64,000 nt of DNA. Source: Octopus vulgaris. Taxonomy: Eukaryota. The stretch spans positions 11,408,001-11,472,000 of the forward strand of contig OX597828.1 in assembly GCA_951406725.2 (NCBI GenBank). The letters run 5' to 3'. The translations under genes were made by a program, and so were the position numbers. Below the pieces are notes generated by a model. It saw only the letters and a list, made by a program, of their open reading frames with translations, was not told where the DNA came from and did no database searches. Shown here in pieces: positions 41,291 through 53,958 of the stretch; positions within the stretch are counted from its first letter, which is position 1; every line of letters starts with the position of its first letter.

Positions 41291-42628
41291 AGAGAAAGAA
41301 ATTTATAGGTGCATAAATGCATGTGTAAATCTGTATATACATTTAATGTCTGACCCATACCAACATAGAAAATGGACATATGATGATGATGATGATGATA
41401 TGTATGCATATGCATGTGCGTGTGTATGTATATATGCACACAAACACACACAATTATCATCTATTTGTAAACACATAGGAGCCTTCCAAGCAAAGGAAAA
41501 TTTCCATACATGGGAATATACACACATACCACATGCATATACATACATACATATATATATTCTTAATAACCAAACCAATGATGAGGCCTTAGCTGCAAAT
41601 GAGTTTTGCAATGAAAACAAATAAATGATAAATTAGGTGATTCTCAGAAAGATACTCCGTTGGAAAGGCAAGAGATATCATGCAATAACCTTACACTTTG
41701 ATTTATCACCGGGAAAAACATATTTACTGTATATAATGAGAATGCATAGACAATTTATAGGAGATAATATATATTTTCTTTCTTACCATAGTAAAGAGAA
41801 AAGGAAATGTTCTCGAGACATTAATTCTAAATCACATTTTTCTTCAAATATTTGCAAGCTCAGAGAAAATATAATAATAGCTAGGTCTAACCACGACAGA
41901 AAATTGTTTCCTCATCCTGATACGCAACTGTGAACCATAATATTGTATAACATATATATAAGTACTATCACAAGTGAAGAAGAAAAATTGTAAAGGGCAT
42001 TAAGGTTTTTTCTCATAAAACTACTTAAGTTGGATGGTTAGGAATTTAGGACCAATATTTAGCTTGCTTTAGAATTCTTGATTTTTTTTTTTTGCTGTTG
42101 ATTTATTTATACTTTTCTTTACTTATTTATTTTTGTTCATCCAACTGCAGTGTAACAATCCTTCAAACACTGTTAATATACTGCAAGTCGAATCTCATAA
42201 CTGAACTTCTATATTCATTCTTTCACAGAATTTCCTTCATTAAGAAAAGACCATCTACATGTGTTTCATTTCAGCTTATATAAAAGCAGCAATATTTAAC
42301 TCGGGCACTTGCAGAGCCTACCATGTGTGTCTAAATAGCTATGAACATTAACCGTTGCTTGAGAAATGATAGACGTATTCAAAGACAATCTTGACTAGGG
42401 AAAAAGAAAGGAAGTACAATAAATGTAAAATTCCTAATCCTATTTTCTCAGCAACAGTATAAGAACATATATATATATATATATATACATACACAGATAA
42501 ATAAGGTAGATAGATACATAGATGAATAGATAGCTACATACATACATACATACAGACAGACAGATAGACATACATACATACATATGTGTGTATAATTATA
42601 CATATATACACATGTCCACATGCATCTC

Positions 42629-42661
<33 letters not shown>

Positions 42662-42664
42662 TTC

Positions 42665-42696
<32 letters not shown>

Positions 42697-43587
42697 TACA
42701 TACATACACATACATGTATATATACATACATACAAATGCATGCATGTATTATGTTACCAAGGAAGGGAAATCCTGATATTTGTAGTTAGTAAAGAGCCCC
42801 AATAGGTAATTGGGAATTATAGAGGATTTGGGCCTAAAGATGGTCTTGGAAAGATTAAATTTCTTATAGCATCTTTATGACATCTGATAAATTTAGCTGT
42901 GTCAAACATTTCAAATGCAATTTTACAATTTGTTTCACTCTTACAAAAATTTGACTTTATGGAAAAAGGAAGAAAAAAGTATTAATAAAGATGTATAATA
43001 ATTTTTATACAAGGATATCCAAAGGCATGGAATGTATTTCAATGCTTCCTCAAGAATAAAAAATTAAAGAAATGAAATGTTATTCTACTTTTTGAAAAAG
43101 AAATGGAAAGAAAAACAAAAAGATAAAGCAGTTTCCAATATAGTACATCTGGACATCTGGAGAAAAATAAAGATAAGATGATCACAGCTCTACAATGCCA
43201 CTGAGCATGTTTTTTCTCAATCACAATCAATACATAAATTTAAAAGTTACAATAATTTTTTTCTCCTTTTTTTGCTATTAAAATAAAAGATGCCTGTGAA
43301 TTTCACTCACCCTCACAGACAAATGAAACTGATGAAGATGACGTTAAAAGGAACAGGTAGCAATCAGAGGCTTCAAGGTTTATTACCAGAAATTGGACAC
43401 ACCTGAATTTAGTGACAATATCTTTGGTGATACGTCACATCATTTGCTAATTTTAGCACCGACTTCTTCCACCATTACCACCACCACTTCCCCCCTTTCC
43501 CTCTCCATCTCTCTCTTATCACTAGTCACTGCTTGAATTTCCAAATCTAAAAATTTGTCTCCAGATGTAACTAGAAACTTGGTATTA

Positions 43588-44370
43588 TGCATCAATCAAT
43601 CCATCTTCTCTACCCGTTCTTCCTGGGAGGATTGTTGGGGTAGCGTCCTCAGGCATCTCCTCAGTATACCCGGTCAGAAGCAACCATTATTTGACTTTTA
43701 GACTGGATTTCCCAAGCATAACCAACTGAGACTACAGATATTGTATGACCATCTCATTCTTGGTTCTATCCCTGGGTCTCCTGCCACTTGGCTCAGCTTG
43801 AAAAATCCATCTTGCAATTTTTTCCTGGAACATTCTAATCATATGGCCATAGATCTGGAGCTGTGATCTTTCAATGCAGAGAAGTAGTGACTTGATCTGA
43901 AGAGACTCTGTTCTAGAAGCTACACACCTTGTCAAGTAACGTTACTCTGAAAATACTTAAAAACAACCCCATTTTGGTTGCTTATATTTGCAATGATACT
44001 CTTTCAACCATTCCCCAAAATTCATGACTAAAAGCTCAAAAAAAAAAAAAAAAGGGCTGAAGAAAGTGAGTTTGGCATTTTTACTAATCTTTCCTCTTCA
44101 GAGGATCTGATGTTGGAGCTGGTGAATTACTGTGCCAGCATCTGCAATACTACCATCTAATTTAACCTCCTGTTTTATTACTTGTGAATTCAATGACGAA
44201 ACGGTGCTGCTTGGCTCATCAGAAGGTGATTTCCAATCTTCACTGAATATGTTCACTTCTGAGTATTGCAAAGCATGGGTGAGAATAAGTGTTGTGAAGA
44301 CTGAGACAATGGTCTTCTCAAGAAAGTCTTCCCAATGCATGCTGCAAGCTAGTGGAACATCACTGACAGA
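43588..44370 (-). mobile_element. RTE-clade (Expander/REX3-like) LINE relic, 5'-truncated with 5' inversion
   Basis: Minus strand LLLCIERSQLQIYGHMIRMFQEKIARWIFQAEPSGRRPRDR and KQEVKLDGSIADAGTVI match the RTE post-RT region; 3' tail gaagatggattgattgatg; plus-strand 44188-44365 FNDETVLLGSSEGDFQSSL...RISVVKTETMVFSRK matches RT from the (F)ADD motif onward. Confidence 0.85.
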
Positions 44371-44774
44371 CTTGGAGTTATCACATGCTCATATTAGCTC
44401 GAACGCTCGTAGATCAATTTCTGCAGGAAAAACGTGGGCAGGTAAAGAATTCCAGCAGGGTATTGTTGTAGGAAGGAAGGACTAGATACAGTGTGGGGTC
44501 TCTGAAGAAACAAGAGGGTAGAGTACGGTTATCTTGTTCTGCAAAAGCCAGACCAAAGGCCATAGTAGTAGTGATAAATAGAGAGAGAGAGTGTGTGTCA
44601 GACAAACAGACAGACAGAGAGTGTGTGTGTATCCATCTGCCAGTGGTTATAGAGTGTTGGTGACTTAAATCTTTGCAGAGTTGTTAAATGTCTATCTTTT
44701 GGAATATGTTGCTGTTATGCAAAACATTACAAGCAAACTGATGAGACACAAGATGCAAAAATAGGGTAGCTTAC

Positions 44775-44851
44775 CTTTTCATCACATGACCAAACACTCG
44801 GTTAATCTCCAGGCATGTTGCATAGAGTAGATTCTGTACAAATGGTGATGC
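44775..44851 (-). other. Candidate 77-nt internal exon
   Basis: Acceptor gttttattatttccag| and donor AAG|gtaagc are both strong; phase 0 is open (ASPFVQNLLYATCLEINRVFGHVMK), phase 1 stops (xITICTESTLCNMPGD*). Confidence 0.4.
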
Positions 44852-45982
44852 CTGGAAATAATAAAACAAAAGAAAAAATAAAAACAAAGAAAATATAAAA
44901 TTCATTTTCTTTCCATTATCCACAAGACTGGAATTCAATTCTGGTAACTGTATTAGACAGACAGATGGATAATGAAGCAATAAATCAGACTGTCGATAAA
45001 TGGGATAGAAAGCTAGTCTATTCCTGGTAATTTCCCCAGGAAATGTTTGTCAACTTATTTCATGGTGTAGCCTGAAACAGAAGCCCATTGCCCATGAATG
45101 TTTTTGCTCCCGGGTCTTGAATGTTATCCTTACATTGTAGAACTGAGTGGTCTTTGCCTACAGCTTATTCCTTACTTTGTAAGTTTGGTGAGGAGAATAG
45201 GAGTAATGCCCAAGGTGTTTGCAGGCTCGTCAACTATGGACACATTGATGACCAATTAATAGCTTAAACAACTACATATCAATATATGCAGTTTATATGT
45301 AGATGCAGAGTGAAATGAAGATCTTGTCTGAATGCCTGCAACAAACTGAAGTCTGCCAAAGGACCAGTTGACGGCAGTGTCAAAAAGATGATGAAATAAA
45401 CCAGCTAAATTAAGGAAGAGATGTAGAATCTTGGATCTGAAACACCTGTAATAGATATGCAATAATAACCCACCAGGCAGCAATCAAACAATTTATATGT
45501 TGTCTACACTACTAAGTGTGTGTGTGTGTATGTTAATGTGTAGTATATTGGTAAGATAAAAAAGTGCCCCATCAAGCAAAGATACCTTACACTTAATAAA
45601 CACAAGATATAAGTGTAAGCTACTAGTACAGTATTTGGACAGATTTTTATAGCACACTGCATATTATCCAAACATGAAACTTACAGTAGTTCCCATTTAA
45701 ATCTTGTGACTATGAAATAATGTGTTTGCATGCATGTGTGTGTGTATGTGTGTGTGTGCATGTGTGTGTGTGTATACAATTCAGTTAGAGATTACATTAG
45801 CCTCATGAAGGGATGGTGTCATCCAAGGAAATTCTGGTTCAATACCAAATATTTAGGGGGGAATATAGTTCCTTAAAATAATAGGTTTGTATATAAACCA
45901 TAGTTTATATTCATGCAAAGGAAAAAGAAGAAAATGGAGATTTTGAAGTTAATAAGAGTTAATTATCAGCAACAAATCTATC

Positions 45983-46028
<46 letters not shown>

Positions 46029-46030
<2 letters not shown>

Positions 46031-46432
46031 CACAGGAGTGGCTGTGTGTTAAGTAACTTGCTTACCAAACACATGGTTCTGGGTTCAGTCCCACTGCATG
46101 GCACCTTGGGCAAGTGTTTTCAATTATAGCCTTGGGCAAACCAAAGCCTTGTGAGTGGGTTTGGTAGACAGAAACTGGAAGAAGCCCGTTGTATATATGT
46201 ATATGTATATATATGTGTGTGTGTGTTTGTGTGTCTGTGTTTGTCCCCCCAGCATCACTTGACAACTGATGCTGGTGTGTTTACGTCCCCGTAACTTAGC
46301 GGTTTGGCAAAAGAGACCGATACAATAAGTACTAGGCTTACAAAAAAATAAGTCCTGAGGTTGATTTGCTCAACTAATGGCGGTGCTCCAGCATGGCCGC
46401 AGTCAAATGGCTGAAATAACTAAAAGTGTAAA
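46029..46432 (+). mobile_element. SINE family A, full length
   Basis: Colinear with the consensus; begins at the end of a (TA)n tract. Confidence 0.9.
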
Positions 46433-46454
46433 AAAAGTATATATACATAATTGT

Positions 46455-46642
46455 TTTAAATTTTGGCACGAGGCCAGCAATTTCAAGGGGAGGGGGGAGC
46501 CATTTGCATCAGCCTTAGCACTTCATTTGTACTTTATTTTATTAACCCCGAAAAGAATGAAAGCGTTGACAGTCGAAGTCTGTGGAATTTGAACTTAGCT
46601 CAAAATGAGTTGGAAGGAGCAGTGGTGTCAGCTCGCCACCTC

Positions 46643-46687
<45 letters not shown>

Positions 46688-47196
46688 CCTTTCTACTATA
46701 GGAACAAGGTCTGAAATTTTGTGGGTGGGGGATAAGTCAATCATATTGACACCAGTGTTTCACTGGTACTGAATTTATCGACGCTGAAAGAATGAAAGGC
46801 AAAGTTGATTTCAGTGGAATTTGAACTCAGATTATAGCGGCAGACGAAATACCACTATCCATTTTGCCCAGCATGCTAGCAATTCTGCCAGCTTGCCACC
46901 TTAAGAATAATAATAATAATAATAATAATAGCAGAAGAAGAAGAAGAAGAAGAATGAGGATAATGATGATAATCCTTTCTACTGTAGGCACAAGGTGTGA
47001 AAATCTGGGGGTGGGGATTAATCAATTACATCAGCCCCAGTTTTCCAATGGTACACTATTTTATAATTTTATTCACCCTGAAAGCATGAGAGGTAAAGTC
47101 AACCACAACAGAATTCAAACTCTGAATGGAATGAGTCAAGAAACACTACAAAGCATTTTTTCCCAATGTTCTAGCAGTGCTGTCAGCTCACCGCCT
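46455..47196 (-). mobile_element. Three tandem SINE family C copies separated by (AAT)n
   Basis: Copies at ~46455-46641, 46688-46901 and 46973-47196. Confidence 0.8.
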
Positions 47197-47537
47197 TAAC
47201 AATAATAATAATAATAATAATAATCATAATAATAATAACAATAATAATAACAATAATAATAATAATCATAATAATAATAACAATATTAATAATAATGATG
47301 ATAATAATAATGATAATAATAATAATAATAGTAATAGTAATAATAATAATAATAATAACAATAATAATAACAATAATAATAATAATAATAATGATAATAA
47401 TAATAATAATAATAATAGTAATAATAATAATAGTAATAGCAGCAGCAGAAGTAGTGGTAATAGTAATAATAACAATAATGATAACAATAATGATAACAAC
47501 AATAATGATAATAATAATAATAATAATAATAATGATG

Positions 47538-47583
<46 letters not shown>

Positions 47584-47585
47584 TG

Positions 47586-47627
<42 letters not shown>

Positions 47628-47641
47628 GTAATAATAATAAC

Positions 47642-47676
<35 letters not shown>

Positions 47677-47723
47677 TAATAATAATGATAATAATAATGA
47701 TAATAATAATGATAATAATAATG

Positions 47724-47754
<31 letters not shown>

Positions 47755-47767
47755 CAACAACAACAAC

Positions 47768-47807
<40 letters not shown>

Positions 47808-47830
47808 TAATAATAATAATAATAATAATG

Positions 47831-47869
<39 letters not shown>

Positions 47870-48050
47870 TGATAATAATAATAATAATAGCAGTAGCAGA
47901 AGTAGTGGTAATAGTAATAATAACAATAATAATAACAACAATAATAACAATAATGATAACAACAACAATAATGATAACAACAAAGTAGTGGTAATAGTAA
48001 TAATAACAATAATGATAATAATAATAATAATAATAATAATGATAACAATA
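47197..48050. repeat. ~850-bp (AAT)n microsatellite with internal duplications
   Basis: Direct inspection; aagtagtggtaatagtaataataacaataat occurs three times. Confidence 0.97.
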
Positions 48051-49884
48051 GATTTGAACAAAAATGAACATTGACAAAGACAAAAGAAAATCTTGGAAAG
48101 AAGTTGTACAGTGAAAATGAAGAAGGAAAAAGAAAAGTGAAGCAAAAAGACAGGAAGACAAGTTTTTGCTTACGAGGAAAACAAACAAACGTAAGTGAAA
48201 GAGACAAAATGCAATTTTTGTGACATTAAAGTAAAATTTGACCTATGAGAGAGTGGAAAGAGCATGATTGAATTGCAATGAGGGATAAAAGAGGAAATTA
48301 CTACAATTACCTTTTGTATTATTACATCGAAATAAAACAAAAGAGAAATTGAAAAAAAAAACAAAAAAAAAACAAAAAAAAACAGAGAAGAAACAATGAA
48401 ATAAAAATAAAAATGAAAAATGAAATAAAATATAACAATGGTGGGAGGATGCTGGCTGGCTGGTTGGATGGATGGATGGTTGGTTGGTTGGAACTGAATG
48501 AAGTAACTTACGTAAATGTCAAGAAAATGTTACGTAAAAACATAAAAGAAAAGAAAGACAAGCAAAAACAAAAAAAAAACACTAAAAAAAGAAAACGAAA
48601 AGCAAAAACAAAGCAAACCGACTTATTTTCATTGAATCAGACAGTGTTTACAGAAAACTCTTGGAACTATTTAACGTATTTTAATAAGGAGACATTTAGT
48701 AACGTAGAATGCATTGTAGTTGTTGTTGGTGGTGCTACAACTTAGCCCCATCTCGACCCCTTCACTGCCATTTCTCTGGATCAGCCCTTGACATCAAACA
48801 AACGACTGATCATCAGGAGACATTCCAATTTTGACTGTCACGTCTTTATTTGTTTTTGGCTGCATTTTCTTTGTTTTTTTTTTGTTTTTGAGGTATAATA
48901 TATCTACACTCACATTATCTAATGTGACCTTTCCTGGTTTTTTAAAGTGTGACCGAAGGAGATGTAGCTGTTATCTCCAACATATTGAACTACCACAGAG
49001 AGGCTCCTTCATAGGCTCAAAGTAAAACGTAGGCCATGTTGGTTAACAACCCTGCATACTGGAAGTTTGGAGATAACAGCAGTGTTGTTATTGCTGCTAC
49101 TACTGCAGCGCTAAGTAAACTCTAACAGCAAGCAGACCTATGATTAAAGTCATTGTAGCTGAGACAAGATTTTTCAACCGGAGTGTATCTATGGCTACAC
49201 TGTCCAATAAACCCTTTAACTTATTTTTCAAAAAGGCAGAGTTTGCCTTGACTGAAATTTCACAGCTATTTCCAGCAGATCATGCAACTATGTAGAGGTG
49301 CCCTCATTGGCTAGTAATTCTTCCTGCTTCACTCCAGCTTAGCCTTGATGAAGAGGGCCTATGTTCATGACAGTTTTTTTTTTTTAATTCACAGACTGTA
49401 ACCGGGACTAAACTATCCTATGCATACAATTCCTTTAAGATGTAGATGTGTATTTTGAGACAGACTTGGCTGTTGTTTCAAGCTAGTTGACTGACTTCAT
49501 AGGGGTTACACTGTCAACTTGAAACATTAAATAGTAAGAAAGTTAGGTAGTGAGAACAACTGATGGTAAAGTACTGGTGTTATAGGAAATAAAGTACATA
49601 GTGAGTAGAGTGATACTAACAACATTAAAAGCCAGGTAATCAGGTCCAGATATGAGGGTGGAATATTACATATAGTCAGTTTCTAGAATCCCAGTAGCGA
49701 GTACAGTACTGGGCTGATGATATTAATAACCAAACAGTGGAACCAGGCAAGAGGTACTGAAAGTACTAAAATACTGTATTTAGAAAATTAATATTAGAAT
49801 AGCCACATCAAGGTAGACATACTGAAAGTTCCGGTAATGTGAACTGGACAATAATGGTGCAATGACAGTGAGGTACTGTCAGTT

Positions 49885-50240
49885 GTGAAGGTGCATGGCT
49901 CAGTGGTTAGAGTGTCAAGCTGACGATCGTGAGGTTGTGAGTTCGATTCCTGGACTGGGCTGCATGTTGTGTTCTTGAGCAAGACACTTTATTTCACGTT
50001 GCTCCAGTTCACTCAGCTGTAGAAATGAGTTGTGACATCACTGGTGCCAAGCTGTATCTGCTGTTGCCTTTCCCTTGGATAGCATTGGTGGAGTGGAAAG
50101 AGGAGGCTGGTATGCATGAAGGACTGTTGGTCTTCCACGAAAAAACAATCCTAGGTTGTGCATTCGCCGGTGAGGCAACTTTCCACCCAGACTTGTACCC
50201 CAAAGGGGAACCTCTAAGTCATGGTCATTCGTGACTGACA
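49885..50240 (+). mobile_element. SINE family D (tRNA-derived)
   Basis: A-box tggctcagtgg at 49896, B-box gagttcgattcc at 49939, ttgagcaagacacttt core. Confidence 0.88.
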
Positions 50241-50496
50241 GAGTCAAGTGTTTTGCTGTCACTTGTAGTGTTGAAAAAGCCAACAGAACTTCATTGAGGC
50301 ACTGACAGTGTTGAAGTAGCAACAACAATAGTAAGGTAGTAACAGTACTTGCTGGTGAAGTACCAATGCCAAAAGAACAGTGAGGTACTGACAGTGACAG
50401 TGCTAGCGTTGAAATACTAACAACACTACATCAAGATTCTGAAAGTACTAGTCTAGTGGGTACCTCTAAACTAATGTCCGTACACTCCTTCTAGTC

Positions 50497-50720
50497 ATCA
50501 TCATATCATCATTTAACATGTTTTTCCCATGCTGACATGGGATGGATGGGGTGGGGTTGATGAGAAGCTGGCCAGCCAGAGGGCTGCACCATGCACCTGT
50601 CATCTGTTTTGGCATGATTTCTATGGCTGAATGCCATTTCCAATGCCAACCACTTTACAGAGTCTACTTGGTGCTTTTATGTGGTGCCTGTATGGGTGCA
50701 TATTATTTAGTACTGGCACG
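50497..50720 (-). mobile_element. Family B retroposon, diverged
   Basis: (ATC)n tttaacatg...catgctgacatggg...caatgccaaccactttacagag. Confidence 0.7.
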
Positions 50721-51279
50721 AGTACTTTTGATAATGCTTCAACACGAGTATTATCACAGTGCAGTGACATTAACAACAACAACCCCTGTTGAAGCCTTAT
50801 GAAAAAAAAAACACTAAGGAGGTACTGACACTAGTTTTGGGGTACTAACAACACCATGATGGATGCTCCTCAACATGTTTGAACAACTCAATGATCTACT
50901 CCTTTAATTAACATGTGAAGTTGCTGCATGTTTCACAGACATGTGTGTTCATAACATAATACTCAAACACAACCAGTAGGACACAGTGTGACATGACTGA
51001 ACCATTGAATTTATAGGAATCCATATGGTTTCTGTCTAAACTATTTTAGACACAGGGCTTTGTGTAACCCAATGTTTTGACAAAGATATTTACCCAAGAC
51101 GCTACATAGGGGAGGGAGTCAGCCTAGGCTAATTTCTAAAACAAAATCCAAGTGAGGTACTAACAGTAGCTGAATTGAGGTGGTGTGATAACTAACAATG
51201 AGGTAAGCAAAAAATTAAAAGATGAACTAATCGAGGGTTCTTATATATCTCCATGATGACAGGCATTCAAAACAAGGCC

Positions 51280-51508
51280 TTAACACTTCAGCATTCAAAC
51301 CAGTCATATCCCACCCAAGTATTCTACATGTTTTATGTTCAAACTTGCCAGATCCGACCTCTTGCACCGACCCCATCATGTCATTCTAAAAGTAAACAAT
51401 AGCATCATTGAAACCCCCAAAGCCATGACATGATGCATGATTAATTCAAAGCAATGTGAATAAATTAGCTTTACAATTGACAGGGTAATCGGAATGCTAA
51501 AGGGTCGA
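51280..51508. mobile_element. piggyBac-like MITE (same family as 7171-7796)
   Basis: ttaacacttcagcattc ... gaatgctaaagggtc. Confidence 0.7.
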
Positions 51509-51545
51509 ATATAAGGATCAATCAAAATGACACCAAGTGTCTTAA

Positions 51546-51765
51546 CCCTTTCATTACTGTATTTATTTTGAGATGCTCTGTGTTTCTTTCAATTATTTTA
51601 AATATAACAAAGAACTTAGTAAATTAACTTAGTAATCATTAAGCTAGTGTTAGAAACATAAATTGTGACAAAGGTTTGGTGGAAGATTTTAATTCAAAAC
51701 TTATAAAAACAAGACTTTTGTACTCAGAGCCAGAGCTGGTTTCAGCTGGGATGGTAACAAAAGGG
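51546..51765. mobile_element. piggyBac-like MITE, second family
   Basis: TTAA TSD at 51542-51545 and 51766-51769; TIRs ccctttcattac / gtaacaaaaggg. Confidence 0.8.
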
Positions 51766-52404
51766 TTAAGGGTCCAGCAACGAGACAGAATGAGGCAAAG
51801 TAATATACAATGTTTACTGTGCTTTATTTTTTTCGAAAACCACACACACTATAATGCCAAGAACATGACACGAACCGTGAAACCCGAGACAAATGATGAC
51901 CAGTGTTGGCAGCTTAACCACAGGGCCGGTTGTTATTGTGAATCTAGTAAACAGTACTTAGTAAACTGTTTTTAACAGATGAACATTATCACAGTGAAAT
52001 TACTGAGAAACAAGAAGAAGAGAAAAGAGGTGGGGTAGGGGTGGGGGGAATGAGTAAAAATATCAACAACAAAAATAAAATATAGAAGAAAACACACTTG
52101 CATACACTCACACAGATGCAGACACATACACACGCACATACATACACAACCTAGAGACATTCAGATAAGGAACAGAAAAATAATCTTTGAAAACAGTCTT
52201 TGCCTCCCAAGATATCAGAAATAAGATTTTGCAAAAAAAATAAATAATAAACAAAAATAAAAATAAAAAACAAAAAACAAATAACAACAATAATAATGGT
52301 ATAATAATAAAAATAACTAATAATAATAACGATAATAACAATAATAATGATAATAATTAAATGCTATGAAAAGTAATGGTTATATATATAAAGAAAATGA
52401 TAAC

Positions 52405-52446
<42 letters not shown>

Positions 52447-52585
52447 TAAATCATATGAAAAGTAATGGTTTTATATATATACACATATATATATATATTT
52501 ATATACGAAGAAAATAATAATAATAATAATAATAATAATTCTAAAAGATGAATTTCTATATATTTCTTCATCATAACTCACTTAC

Positions 52586-52708
52586 GTGTCTGAACCAGGT
52601 TTATAGAATGTTAACTAATTTTTTTTTATGATTATTATTATTAATTCTCAACATTTTGGGGTTTATTTCGTTTTTGCTTTTATATTTGTTTATCTATATT
52701 ATTATTGA

Positions 52709-52750
<42 letters not shown>

Positions 52751-52997
52751 GCTTGTTGTTGTTTTCATGTCTAGTATGATGTTAATGTTTTTAACAAATA
52801 GCAAAGCAATACGATTTTGGCCCTCAGATCATACGAGATTTGATTTGATTTGATTTTGTTCTTTTTTTTTTCAGTTGTTTTTTTTTTAATAGTAATATAT
52901 TTGTGTATATTTTGGAGGGTTTCTGAAGTTATTTTTGCATTACTTTTCAAACTCAGCTTGATCTATAAGAAGATTCCAGAAGGTCATAGGTGGCCCC
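52586..52997 (-). other. Candidate mostly non-coding exon
   Basis: Acceptor (T)n-ag| at 52998 and consensus donor |gtaagt at 52580-52585; only short frames (e.g. GPPMTFWNLLIDQAEFEK*). Confidence 0.2.
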
Positions 52998-53380
52998 CTA
53001 AAAAAAAATACCAAAGGAATGAATAAAAGAAAAGGAAATGAAAAGTAACGCCGTGGTCCTACAAGAAAGTTGAGGTTTCTGCTGAGAAATGCCCAACCTC
53101 TGTAAATACCAAATATCTTTTGAGAGAGAGAATGTGTGTTCATGTTAGCCTAAAAATTTATGTCAACTGCAGATAATATACATGAGCAAATATATGTGTG
53201 TGTGTATGTGTATTACATATGTAAAATGTGTGCATGTATGTATATCTATCTTTCTCTATATATATGCACACACACACACAGACAAACATGCACATACATG
53301 TATGTATTATAATATATAATACACACATATATATATATATGTGTTTGTGTGTGTAGATAGATTTATATATATATACGTAT

Positions 53381-53570
53381 GTTGATGCAAACAGGAAAAA
53401 TAGAACTCAGAATACAAGTATATGTATATTTTTATTAATTTTTAGCAGAAGTAACAGAGTGACTCAAGATCTGAGAGTTTCATGGAGTTTGGTAAGTACC
53501 AACATATGAAACTTTCAGACTTTGAGTCACTCTGTTACTTCTGCTAAACATTAAGAAAACAAAATACATA
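53381..53570. mobile_element. Fold-back short element, probably PLE-derived
   Basis: Arms 53441-53483 and 53506-53548 are near-perfect reverse complements; lies in (TA)n. Confidence 0.6.
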
Positions 53571-53581
53571 TATATATATAT

Positions 53582-53958
53582 TCTTTTATTTGTTTCAATC
53601 ATTTGACTGCAGCCATGCTGGAGCACCGCCTTTAGTCGAACAAATCAACCCCAGTACTTATTCTTTGTAAGCTTAGTACTTATTCTATCGGTCTTTTGCC
53701 AAACTGCTAGGTTACAGGGATGTGAACACACCAGCATCGGTTGTCAAGCGATGGTGGGGGTCAAACACAGACACAAACACACACATATATATACAGGATG
53801 GGCTTCTTTCAGTTTCCGTCTATGAAATCCACTCACAAAGCTCTGGTCAGCCCAAGGCTATAGTAGAAGACACTTGTCCAAAGTGACACACAGTGGGATT
53901 GAACACGGAGCCATGTGGTTGGTAAGCAAGAAACTTACCACACAGCCACTCCTGTGCC
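53582..53958 (-). mobile_element. SINE family A
   Basis: Colinear with the consensus; an older head-to-head copy at 54023-54388 (+). Confidence 0.9.

Noticed and set aside
47177-48207. Poly-N, poly-I, poly-L and poly-Y ORFs of 170-320 aa
   Set aside because: (AAT)n microsatellite with no complex coding sequence.
49885-49960. tRNA gene
   Set aside because: A/B boxes are present but there is no proper acceptor stem and it continues into a multi-copy SINE body; likewise 57295 and 16280-16350.
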